A DNA stretch of 64,000 bases from Convolutriloba macropyga (Eukaryota), in the NCBI RefSeq assembly GCF_964194025.1, contig NC_134476.1, positions 48,174,001-48,238,000 on the forward strand, given 5' to 3'. Within the stretch, counting starts at the first letter, position 1. Every line of letters starts with the position of its first letter. This document shows, in pieces, positions 13,030 to 25,300 of this stretch. A model generated the notes under the pieces. That model searched no databases and was not told the origin of the DNA. It was given only the letters and a program-made list of their open reading frames with translations. A program made the position numbers and the translations under genes.

Positions 13030-15714
13030 ATGGGTATCTTAATGGCTGGTGAGTCTGCTAAGCAAATCCCGGACTTAGTTCCTTTCAACTGTGCAATATG
13101 GCCATCTTTAACTGCTGTTTTTATCCTTGTAATGGTTTATAATAATCGTGATGGCTAGTTGTAATCTTTTTAAGAAACAAAATTCATTGTCAGTTCACGC
13201 GTAATGATCATATTGCCCTTATTGGCGATGTATAGTCCTCAGAATGCAGTTAAAATGGTCAACTTTTGTGTTTTCTTTTTTGAAATCAACACGAATACAT
13301 GTAAGCCTTGAAACTCACCGTTTTTGCAGTTTCATACTTAATTACGGAAAATATCTACAAGGGTAAAATTTTTCGCAACCAAAATTTCTCACTGTAAAGA
13401 TTTACTGTAAATATATTTTAAGTTGTTTTGTTTAAGTTGTTGTTGTTTTAAGTAGTTTCTGCAATTTTCACCCAAAGATACATTCCTTAAAGGCTTCCTA
13501 TATTTGCGTCCAGGATGCCATCTGCCAGTAGCTATTTAACAACATAAATTAATAGAGTGTGGACCTTTTTCATTGGTGGATCAAAATTTATTTCAACTTT
13601 CCAATATCTGATTTCGCTATATTTAGTTCTCGTTCTCTTTAATGGTAATTGTTTGTTTATATTCTTCTGAAAATTGTTTTGCAAGTCACAGAAGTTTGTA
13701 AAGTTCTAAAGTTTTTTAGAACACTTTCCGAAATATATGAATTTGTAACCGTGCTTTAATCAATAAGAGTACATAAAATATTTTTCGCTGAATTTGTTAA
13801 AGAGAATAATAATATTAGTGGAGATGGAATATTCACTATAAATTTGAATTTGTTAAACGTAGCTTTCATCGAGATAAGGTAAGCGGCTATTATCTGGAAC
13901 AAAATTTTGTGACTGACTTCTTCTGATCAACTAAATTGGTACTCATGTTAATTAGGATGCGTAACTTCCAAATAGCAAATTTCATGAACATCTTGAGCAA
14001 CAGCAGAAATCGACTACATCAATACTAATTTTCTCTATTACATCGACAACATCTATTAATAATTTTCGAAGGTTTTAATGTTAATTTGAAAAACCGGGGG
14101 CTATATTAAGAAAGACTGGGGGCTCTATAATAAGAAAAACCTCTAATTTCTTCTGCTTGAATCAATTTCAGGTTGAATGTTTTGTAACATCGCTAAATCT
14201 TAATTAAACTGAACCATTTGTAAGCAATCAAGTGTGTCGCGTTTTTTTTTTGTTGTTTTGGATATCATTTTGGTCGTCCGAAGCCAATCATTATTCCAAA
14301 AGATGTATTCGAATATCGTTAATTAACAATTACTTTCGCCATCTGTTAAAACGTTTGAAATTTTTCGAAAACGTTTTAAAAGTAGTTTTCATTTAACATG
14401 TAGGACGAAAAGTAGTTTGCATGACAGCAAAAAAAGTTCTAAATTAAGTGATCCCGAAGCACGTTTACTGAAATCATGAATATCCACTTTATCAAGTTGA
14501 TTCCCCCCTCATGTTCAGCTCATGCGAAGGAAATTTAAGGTTTTATTAAAGCAGATGTTGTTCGTTCATGATTTTTCTTGTCATTTCTCTTAAATTGGCA
14601 TTTTTTGTTCGATTGGATAACTGCCAACACTTTCTCTTTTTTTGCTTTAAAACCTTTAAATATTTTCAAAGCTTCATAAATTTATTTTTCTTTTTTGAAG
14701 TTTTTTCCTCTGCGGGGGATTTTGAAAAAATTCAATGTCGAAGTCTGTTTAAATACAATGCCTTTGAAATTTATAGTCCATTTACGTTTTAATTGATGTT
14801 GACGGTTTCTTGTGAATGAATTTGTTTTTGCCCACATCGGTCTCTCTGTTTTTGAAAAAGGTTGATTTGCTGAGATCTGTTATTTTTTACATATGCCATA
14901 ACCTCCTTTTGTCTTCCGAAAATATGTGAGTTTGTCATTCGAGAAGACGAACTTTTCTTTACGAAATGTCTTTAGGAAAATTTTTTCAGTCTTTAGGAAA
15001 ATTTTTTCAGTCTTTACAAAATGTTTTCAGATTGGCTGGTTTTGTATTTTTTGCGTGGTCGAGAGCTGGATATTTCGCCATTCTAATATTTTATATGATA
15101 GAAGACGGGTGGAATGTTCAAATTACAAAACGAGTAAAACCTACTTCAATTAAAAACAACTTCGATCGTTTTGTAAATTTGAAAAGGTTACCAAATTCTG
15201 GTTTGAATTATTTTTTTAGTTAACTCAATGAAAAACGGTTGAAATGGTGTCAGCAATCACAGCATCTAGCTTTTTTTTACCAATCTAAGTTAAGTTGTAT
15301 CTTACATACGTTAAATCTAAACTGATAATGTGAAAGGTGCAACGTATGTTAGCTTTGATAAAATCAAATAACCGCAAATTGCGAAAACCACACAAAGCGC
15401 TAATCATACATTGCGTTGATTTGATTATAGTAGTGTAATATTAGTCTTCTTCTGTTCGCGTCTAATTAACGAAGACAAAGAGTGAAAAACTATCATCGCT
15501 TTTAATAATTTGTGCCATCTTGCAGGTTTGTTGATTTAATTCACGTGTTCTTACCATTATCACAAGTCAAAAATATTTCACATTTTGCTCATTTTCTCGT
15601 TGTATTTTGTATCACCTTTATTAATTGAGGAAATTTATTTATAATAATTTCTAATGAATAATTAAATTTGTATATTTTAATTTTGCTTTTTTCAATTTTT
15701 AATTAAATTTTTAG

Positions 15715-15837
15715 TGCTTTGAAAATATTGAATTTTAATCTCATTTTGCGTACCAAATTTGAAACTCGAAGATTTGTCTCAAGCTCTTCTTTTCGAAAGA
15801 GTTGAATTGACCTAAATATTGATAAGCTCGCAGGCAG
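15715..15837 (+). other. Candidate non-coding 5' UTR exon of ZEB
   Basis: Perfect donor CAG|GTAAGT at 15838, acceptor ttttag| at 15714; in-frame TGA at 15803 if spliced to 16209. Confidence 0.35.
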
Positions 15838-16208
15838 GTAAGTGCACCGCAATCATCTATCTCATCACGTTTTCAATCTAAATTAGTCGTGCGTAAAACA
15901 TACCTTGAACCTTGACCTAAAATATTTTGGTCTTGATTAGAGTGCGTGATCTGTAATCTCTTTTGCTGATTATAAGTAATTTTTTATGCAATTATGATTT
16001 GTGAAACAATTGATAAGGTCTTATGGCCGTAAATTTTCAAACTTTGGTTGTATTTCAAACATTTCTGAAATCTTTATATTTAATAGATATATTTCTTGTA
16101 ATTAATGAAGCTGCTGATTCTCGCCATAAAGGAAGATATCTGTGAATTTAGTTTTTATATTTGTGATAATTGTCATTAGTTATTATTTTTTATTATTGTA
16201 TGTTGCAG

Positions 16209-16333
16209 AGTAAAGAGGCTTCCAAAATTTGCGGACCAATTCCATTCAGTTATGGATTCTGTGGTTGTGAAACTTCCACTACAATTGCAGGAAAGTTGCG
16301 CGGTAGACAATATCTCGAGTGAAACCAAATCAG
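16209..16333 (+). CDS. ZEB: ZEB putative first coding exon (ATG at 16252, [28 protein letters not shown])
   Basis: Acceptor ttgcag|, donor CAG|GTAATT, open frame ending in phase 1, matching the next exon. Confidence 0.55.
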
Positions 16334-19300
16334 GTAATTTGCCATCGAAGTTCTATTTTGATCATCACAGTCTCAACTAGTTATAATTTATAGACATGCG
16401 ATCAATTTTCACATTTTGCATATTGAACGTCAGAAGTAAGTTATCACCATCTAGTTTTAGGAAGTAGAAGTTCAATTTTCGACGTGATATTACACCAATT
16501 CTTAATCAAAATTCGAAAAAAAATTGCACAGTTGATCCCCTTCAGCATTGTTCATGCCTGCTGGTGAGATTAAGGCAATACGTGATGCTAACTTACCAGA
16601 TACCCAATGTAAACTTGATCAACTTGAAACAGAAATTTCTCTGAAAAAAGTAGTGTTTTAACGTATGTTCAACTATGATTGATTTCCAATTGCGTTTAAC
16701 ATTACGGCAGATGAAAGTGTGAGTAATTGTGATTTCGTGGCATTTTTGCTGTGAAACGTCGATGATGGCCATCGCCTCTCTTTTCGCTATCAAATTTCGT
16801 CTCTAAATTTGATCAATTTGTGTTTTATTCCGTCATAATTTGTTTTTTTACCTTCTAAATCTAGAGGTTGTTAACTTACTTCTCACGTTCAGTATATATT
16901 GAACGGCAAAATCAGTTAGCTCCCCCTTTACTTTAAAGAGAAAAAATTCAAAATTTGACGCAATAGCTATCCAACTTGTGATAAAAATTTGAAAAAAATG
17001 TTTATACCATCGATCCCCTATACTAAAGCTCTACCGTAAAATTGAAATCGAGACAAAACGCAGATTTGAATTACCAGATATCCCAATGCAAAGTTGATGA
17101 ACTTCATGCGTGTTCACATTAAAAAGAAAGTTGCCTCAAAATGTGATGTTTTCACGTTTGTTCAGCTATTACTGAATTTTCATTTGTGTTAAACATTAGA
17201 GGCCTTGATGTGATCACATTGTGCTTCCATGAAAAAACTTTTTTTGTGAATTTAGGATAGGGTTCATCAATTTTACTTATTTTCTCATATCAAGTTTTAA
17301 GAGAGAGCACTAGTGTAGGGGATAAATGTTGTAAAGTATGTTTTTGAGATTGATTTCAAGATTCACAATTTGCAGAAATATTGAATCGATTCTGCTGATT
17401 CAATTTTATTTCTTAAAACTATGCTAATTTGCTATTGACGTTCAGTATATTTTAATTGACGGATTTGAAATTTTATTATTTCTGAGTTCATGCGTTCTGT
17501 ATTATCTACATTAATACTTCATTCATATTCGGTAGCAGCTGAACTCATTGCGCAGCGGTATAAGTCAAATCCTAAAAGCCAAATGGAAAGTTCGCCGAAA
17601 AAAGTATGCTCTTTTGCTGTGAAGCATTGGAACATACAGCGTTTTTTAGAGTTTCACATTCCTCGTAAATTGTTTTTACAGATCAAAATCTTAAATTTTG
17701 ACAAGCTGATGGATGATGATTCAGGAGCTAAAGAAACACAACGGTGACATTTTCTATCGTATTGAGGTTTTTTAATATAGTGTTTAGTCGTCAGGCTTTA
17801 TGCTTAGGAAATATTTTGAACTATGTACTTTACTCATTTCGGTTACTATTTTGCGTGCTGACTAAATTTATTGGATATGACTTTTGAGTTTTATAAAATG
17901 TTTCGCGATATCTTTGTAAGAATTCAATTTTTGATCTTCTTGTTAACATTTTTATGGTTTTTAAATTTCTCTCATTTAAATATAGAGATAGTCTCTATGT
18001 CATGCCCGAGTGGGGTTTAAGTTTGAATTTTGCATAATTATGTTCTGAAAAATGTATTGCAATGTAAAATTGATCTCAGACTTTTGTTTAATTTTGAATT
18101 TTTTGTGTTTTAGTAGTTTTAAACGTAATGTTAGCTTGAATTTGAGGCAAGTAATTGAGTTTTTTCAAGGATTTGGCCAACTTAAACAAATTTTTTTCCA
18201 CTGGCAAGAAATCCATTTAATTTTCAAATTTTAATATCTATTTGTACTGCCTCAAAAGCATATTTCATCAAAAACCGTCGATATCGACCTCAGTCAGCTG
18301 GTGAATAATTTTTTCGCAACGTTTTCTGAGCAAATTTATATATATGTCTCAAAGCGTGTTTGTTTTTACCTGGTCTGCAAACCTTGTATAAGCACTTTTT
18401 CCTTTCTCCTAACTGCTTAGTGTTATAGGTAGTGGAGATAAGAATGCCTTGGAAAATGAGCCTCTCTGCTACAAGTTTCTGGATAAACCACTCACTCTTG
18501 CAATATCAGAGGAACCATCCACAATCGAAAGAAATGTAGACAACACCTCAACTTCTTTGCAGTCTCCAGCAGGACAAGCAATGACTGCTGAAAGCTTAGA
18601 ACATAGCATAAATTTTACAGATAAAGATGCTGAGCATCGCAAAACACACAATGCCTTCAAACTATCATCTATGTCTTCATCGCCTGAGACTTCCACGAAT
18701 TTGTCAGGTTCGTTGGCAGCAACGGAACAGCTGGGCTGTTCCCCAGTGATGAAATCAACTGACATTTCAGCAGTTCAAGGTGGGTTCTTGTTTCCTTAAT
18801 TTGTTCATTTAGCTTATCTTTCCACGGACATAAGAGCTACAAGTCATGTGCAACCGCTAACATAGCATACTTAGTATGATATCCTAGATTAAATCTGTCG
18901 TCTAGTTATATGAACTAAAATTTGATTTATGGAGATGAGAAGTGAAAAAAATCACGATTTCCTTCCAATAAGATTGACAATATCTTACAAGGTAGCCCTT
19001 CGTTTTGCAAATTCTTATATTCTTGCAAGGTAACCAACCATTCATGTTGTGTTGTCATTCAAGATAACAATCGGTTTTAACTATAGAGACTTCACACACG
19101 GATGAAATGAGCATTTCATTCAGTGTGTAAGTCAAGTAGTTTATTGTGACAGTTGAGTTAGATTTACCGAGTTCTCATTTCTGCCTTATTTGACCCATCA
19201 ATAAAAATATGACAATTTTTGCTCTGTAGTTAGGTAGTGTATAAAACGATAGGGGAAAATGATGTAATCGGTGGCTGTTTTATTTCCACAGCTGTTCTGA

Positions 19301-22300
19301 CCATTCTTCCTTTTTCCTCGCATGAAAGCCAATTGAATGAAAAATTTCACTCATTCCTAAATCCTGATTCCTAAAATATTTTTCAGACTTTTCAATCATC
19401 ACGAGTTTTTTTATCCTGGGAAAAATTTTGGACAGAAGTCTTTCTGATAACCCTTTTAATAAAGCTGTAAGTCAATTCGGATAACTAGGAAAGGGCTCTC
19501 GAAATTTTATTCCCTACGTGATATTAATCCGGGCAACTTTTGAACCGGCGTGCGAAAAACCTGCGGGTTATTTTGACCTAAATCCTGTTTACAAAGGTAC
19601 CGCTACCTTGAGTGATTAGTTATAACTTAGTTATAAAGTTATTAGGGTTACGGGGAATTGAAATGTTATCTAGTTAGTGTTATTATAACACCGGATAGGA
19701 TGTTGGCTAAGCTTATCCTGCGTTAGTTATAAGTTAGCCAAGATTATTAAATTAATATCAGACAAAGTTAGAATGCCCAGTTTAGATAATGTACTAACAC
19801 CTTTCCTAGTTATTAACCATTTATAAAATCTTATCACCGGAATTAGCAGAATTAAACACAGCCAAGCAATCAGTCTTTTACAAACCGATAAGTTAGAAGT
19901 AATAACTAATCTACTAACTAATCCAAGGTTGAGTTATTATTCGGATGATTTACTAACAGCAGGTAAAGTTTTAACCAATTATCCAATCTTAATTAAAATG
20001 CATCATTTTAACAGATGCACCTTATAAAGTAGGACCGTAATTTACTGCTCAATTAACAATCACAAGTTTAATTGTAGCTTTAGTAACAAGAGGTAATTTA
20101 TAAATTGATATCTCGGTATTAGCAATATACCATCCCAATACAACCACCTATTATCTTGAGAAACAAGCTGCAAAGCAATTATTGTTTTCTTATCGCAAAC
20201 TCTTGAAAAACTCTTGTAAATACGCTTCTCAACATCACCTACAAAATTGCACTGATTAAGTGCCAGGTTAGTAAACTCACCGCTAAATAAAGACCAACTG
20301 TTTATTTAATAACTCCAACCTTTTTCCGTTTTTTCTTCAACTTCTCTGCAAATTTTGAAACGTTTTACATTTGCTAAAGGTCAATTTTACGAATTTCAGT
20401 TATACGTTGTGAACTCGTTAACTGCTTAAAATTTCAGGTATTTTTTGCTTATTTTCGTGAAAATCTTCGTCTAGTTAATTAATACTTTCTTAATTAACTT
20501 TTTAAGCAACTTCAAGTTCCTGTGTTGATGCCTGAAAAGTGTTATTAAAGTGAACAAACTTCAAAATGGACTTTTGAACACGTGTGAGCAACTAACTGAC
20601 TTAACTTTTCATCAGTGAAACAAAATGTGTTCTTAGATGGAAGTGTGGAAAAGTGAAGATTGTTATTATTGTTTTTGTGTTTGTGTGGATGATTTGCAGG
20701 AAGGAATAAGAATTGTGAAACTTTGAATTGATGTGGTGGCGGCTGTTGCACTTGTGCACAATTGTGTTCCCCTAATCACAATCATAATTCAAGTTCCGCT
20801 TCACTTCTCAACTAACTGCTGTTACAATCCCAAAATCCCCCCCCCCCTTTACTCCATCACTCACTCTTACTTGTTAGAACTAAAGTGCCGGGCAACACTC
20901 AAGCACTCAATTTTCCACATTTAATCCTGTTTTTAATTCAAACTCACTCTTTTTTATTTAAAACTAACTTTTTTCTCATCATATGAGAAACTTTTCGCTG
21001 CGTTAGTTACTAGCAACCTGTATTTAAAAACTCTTGAAAATAAAAGTGACTTTTTCATTGATAGCTTATTTTCAGTCTTCTTCAATTTCACAGATTAAAA
21101 TTTTGATCCACAAGTGAACTTATTTTGTGATCATTTTCTCAATCAATCGTGATTCTGTGAAACATTTAATAGCCCGACGTGAAGAATATTTTGAACTTAT
21201 TTGATAATTTGTTCACATTTTCACCTGAGTTTAAAACCTGACAACAGCTGATTAGAAGCTAACAGGTAGGTTTTCCCTGTTTTTAATTTAATTTTTTCCT
21301 CAACAGTCGTTGCAAGTATTGAAACCAGGCAACTTAAAAAACTTTATAAGGTTAATTGTTCCATCTAAATTATGGAACAGATTATCAAATTTGTCTTTTT
21401 AGCTATCCCTCGGATTTTAACTAATAGGTGTAGTAACTTGTATTAATGAGTAAAAAACCCATTTTTTATTACTTAAAAATAAATTTGTTTACTGTATGTT
21501 GTATATGAGTGAGAATAAGAAAGTAGTCCCAATTCTGATGTGAATGAACAACAGATTGATTGAAAGGAGAGCTTTTGTTCCACTTTTTTCAAAGACTTCA
21601 AACGCAAACTAAGTCCGCCGGTGTGTTCATTCACTCTTTCAATCTCAACACAAGTGTTCACAACCTGCAGAGAGTAGCCATTGTCACACTTAACTTATTA
21701 TAATCATCGCATTCAGTTAGTAATTATAACTAATGACACCGATGGATGGATTAGTTTATCTTTGTAGTGAAACTGTGACACACAACTTAGATCCCCGCGT
21801 GGTGGCTGTTTGCAACAGGTGAAATTTTCTGTAACACAGGGGGGTTTAATTGTTTTCTTTGAAACTGGTACAATTACGGTTCATCAGTTGTAATCTACAG
21901 GGTAGCAATAACCTCCAAAACCCAACAATAGAATGCTTCGTAAACAAATTGCTGTCATGATCGCATTACAATAATACTATAGCTGCAAACTTATTTTTGC
22001 AATGAAGTTGGCGCTTGTTGCTGAATTAATTCATAACCAATACTTATCGCTTTATTAATAATATTAAAATAGTATTATAACTACCCATTTTCAACCGCAT
22101 CTAATCAGAACCACGAAATAGTGCCATGCTCTTTACGACCCTTGTAACTAATAATAGGAGCGTTGTTGATAGTTAGAAGACGCTACAGTTGTTATAACTT
22201 AGTTATAACTAATCCCTGATTACTTGTTTACAAGGAGTGCAGAAATTGTTTACTTTCTCTTATCTTCACATGTCCACTCAATTTGTGGTCGTTTCTCTCT

Positions 22301-25300
22301 CTGCTGTTAACTTTCAAATCAAGTCATTCATTTTTTGTACTAACTCAAATTACTAACCAGTAGTCATTACTGTGGATCTCATCAGCAAGTTAGTGTTGCC
22401 AAATTTTTCTCCCAAATTAACGAAAAATGACCATTTGCGCATTTAATTTTAATTATCATTAATACAAAACTTTTTTCCGTGAGCTTAGTCAAAAAATTGT
22501 AAAAGTTGTAAAAAATCAACTCCAATCTAATTTTTTTTTTCACCGGGTGGTGAATTGCATGTGTTGCCGTTAGTTTGTGTGATCTTTGCCATTCCTTATG
22601 GGAAGTATATTTACTGTTTTTTGTTAGTGTTTATTAATTTTTTGTAATTTTTTATGATTTTCCAAAATCAATTTGTTGCCAAATATAATTGCAACAACTG
22701 GCATCTTGAAGTGTGTTGTGTGTACACTTAGATCAAGTAGTTAATAACTTTAATCAAACAAACTGTTGTTTGTCAATAAATTGCCACAAGTTAGCTCTAT
22801 TCTTCCCTCTCATCCCCTTTTGACAAAATTCATTTCCAAAATTAATTTATCAGCTATCGGTAGCTCTTTAACGCTGATAAATTCATTCTCAATTGATATT
22901 TTATCTTGTCAAAGCTAATCTAAAGTTAATTGCTCAATTTAGTTAACAATTAAGTATTGTGTCAAAATTAATGTCTGTGTAAGCTGCTATTATAAACAGT
23001 AAGCTCAACCCTATAACCTGCTATTTTTCCAATTTACATTTCAGTAGTGGTAAGTTACGTTCTTATCATTTAAACATTTTTTAAAAAAAAATTCCGAAAT
23101 ATATTTTGGTCTGCAATTTATCCTAAAAAAGTGAGATCCTGGAAACAAATCTCCCTTCTGGCATTATTTTTTAATATTAAGTTAAGCGTCTATTTTTGCT
23201 AATTATTACCTAAGTAAATATTAAAGGTAAAGCCTTTGTAATACACGTGAACAAGTGTTAAGAGCTGCTTCCTCTAAATTGATTTGACTAATTAGCATAT
23301 CCTGTTTCCCTTTCCCAGGTATATTACTGAGAAAGGTATTCCCACTCCCTTGATCAAATCAACTCTCAAGTGATTCCCTAAATTGACCCAGGATATTTCT
23401 GTTACAGGGTCTTCCAACAACTTGTCTCAACTCTCTTCCGATAATTTTGATTACACTTCAGCAGAAAGTTCCCAACCTGAAATCTCACAAAAATCAACAA
23501 CACATCAACAGCTCGCATCAGAAAATATCAACTTTCCGTCGCCATCAAAAACAACAACAACTACAGAATCTTCTGTGAGTAACAGCTCAAAACGAACAAG
23601 CCGATATCCAAGTTTCGAATCTACAGTCGAGAAGGTCGCGAATAAAGAGGGCAAGTTTGGGCTAGAAATGATTGGCGATTCAGTTCCCCAGAATTTCTCA
23701 ATTAGTAGTTTCACCTCATCCGGGGTAGCACAAACAACCACACCTTCAGTTAACGAGTTGAAACTGAAGTTGGACGAAATCATGGACTGTTCTCTCGAGC
23801 AATCAAGCTCAATTTCGAACGACTGCGACGAACACGTATCTTCAATAAATTCTGTCGAAACCAACAAATGTCACTTTTGTGATGAGATTTTGCCCGATAG
23901 GGTTTCACTTTATCAACACAAACGATACAACTGTTCTAAGAACCCGGAAGTTTTGCTACATCAACAAGCGGCCTATACGTCATCAATATCATGTCAGGGG
24001 TTTGCCCAAAATCAAATTGATGATGACTTTTCGGGGAAACTTGAACCCGGTTGTGTCAACGCTTCACTTGGAAATCAACCAATCACATCAGTCAAGTTTG
24101 CTCAAACTTCAGCCAATCAGAATGCAGCAACTCCCAATCAACAGAATGTAGAGCGTAAAAAGCGAACCGTTTACACTGACAAACAACTTGAAACTTTGCG
24201 AGATTGCTACCTCAAACAACCAAACCCGAATTCTGACGACATTGAAAAAATAGCGAACAATATTGGCCTGACGAAACGTAATGTTCAGGTGTGGTTTCAA
24301 AATAAAAGGGCAAGAGATAAGAAAAATCCGGGAATTTTTGACTACCTCGACTCGACAATTTCGGGAAACAGTCCCACGAATTCAGTTGGGATCAACCCAC
24401 AAAGTGAAATTCCACCGAGCGGTGCCGCAATCAAGTTCCAATCAAAAAGTCCACCTGTTGAACAAAATGAACATTCGCCTTTAACACCTGTGCTCTCCAC
24501 CAATCAGTTCTCAATCAGCAATTTTAGTAAGTCCGAGTCATCGAATGTCACAACACCACCTGTTAAAAACGAAGGCATGTTCGGAAATGCCAGCAGTAAT
24601 ATCGGAGGCAATAATGGTCAAAATGGTGAGAATTTGATGCCAGCTTTGTATTCATATCAATGGTTAAGTTTTCTTTCTTTCTATCAAGCAATGGCTGCGT
24701 CAAATATGTTAAATGCGGGTTTGAACCCAGCGTCATTGCTGCAAAGTCAACTGGCAAGTTTAGCTCTGTTGAACCAACTGAAAACAGAATCATCTGATCA
24801 GAATTTGGACTCTGCTGAGAAGTCACCGTCGACAAAACCTTCACCTGTCCAATCAGAAACAGGTACTGAGAAGATGGACCAATCAGAATTGAGCACTGAG
24901 AAAAGTAGCCAATCAGATGTTAGCATTATGGAAAAAACTGGCCCATCAGAATGCATCTCGGAGAAATCTGAAGATGAACCTCTTGACCTTTCAATTGTTA
25001 AAACGGAGCTCGATTCAAGCAAAACAAGTGAAACATCACCGTGCTCTAATGCAGCATCCGACATTAGTGCACCAAACTCAACTTGCACTGAAAATACTTC
25101 AAATGGAACAACAGATTCCCTAATTATGGATTTGAGCAATACTTTGCTGCCTCTAATGTCACCTGTGAATGGACACGAAGCCACTTCCACATCCAGCTCT
25201 CCGCTTTCGGTTCCCAGTGGGGCCTCTTCGTTTTTTGGTGGTCTTGTCAACTCAATCAATGCCCAGTTTGGAAACCAAGAAATTCACGTGACTGCCAACC

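Noticed and set aside
19610-22216. AGTTATAACT palindromic motifs at ~19612-19640 and ~22190-22215 as TIRs of one element
   Set aside because: The match is short, no TSD is visible and the interior looks like unique intron; more likely separate repeat remnants.
23505-25259. Antisense ORFs (120, 93, 153 aa) over the large ZEB exon
   Set aside because: Shadow frames of a Ser/Thr-rich coding exon, with no independent motifs.
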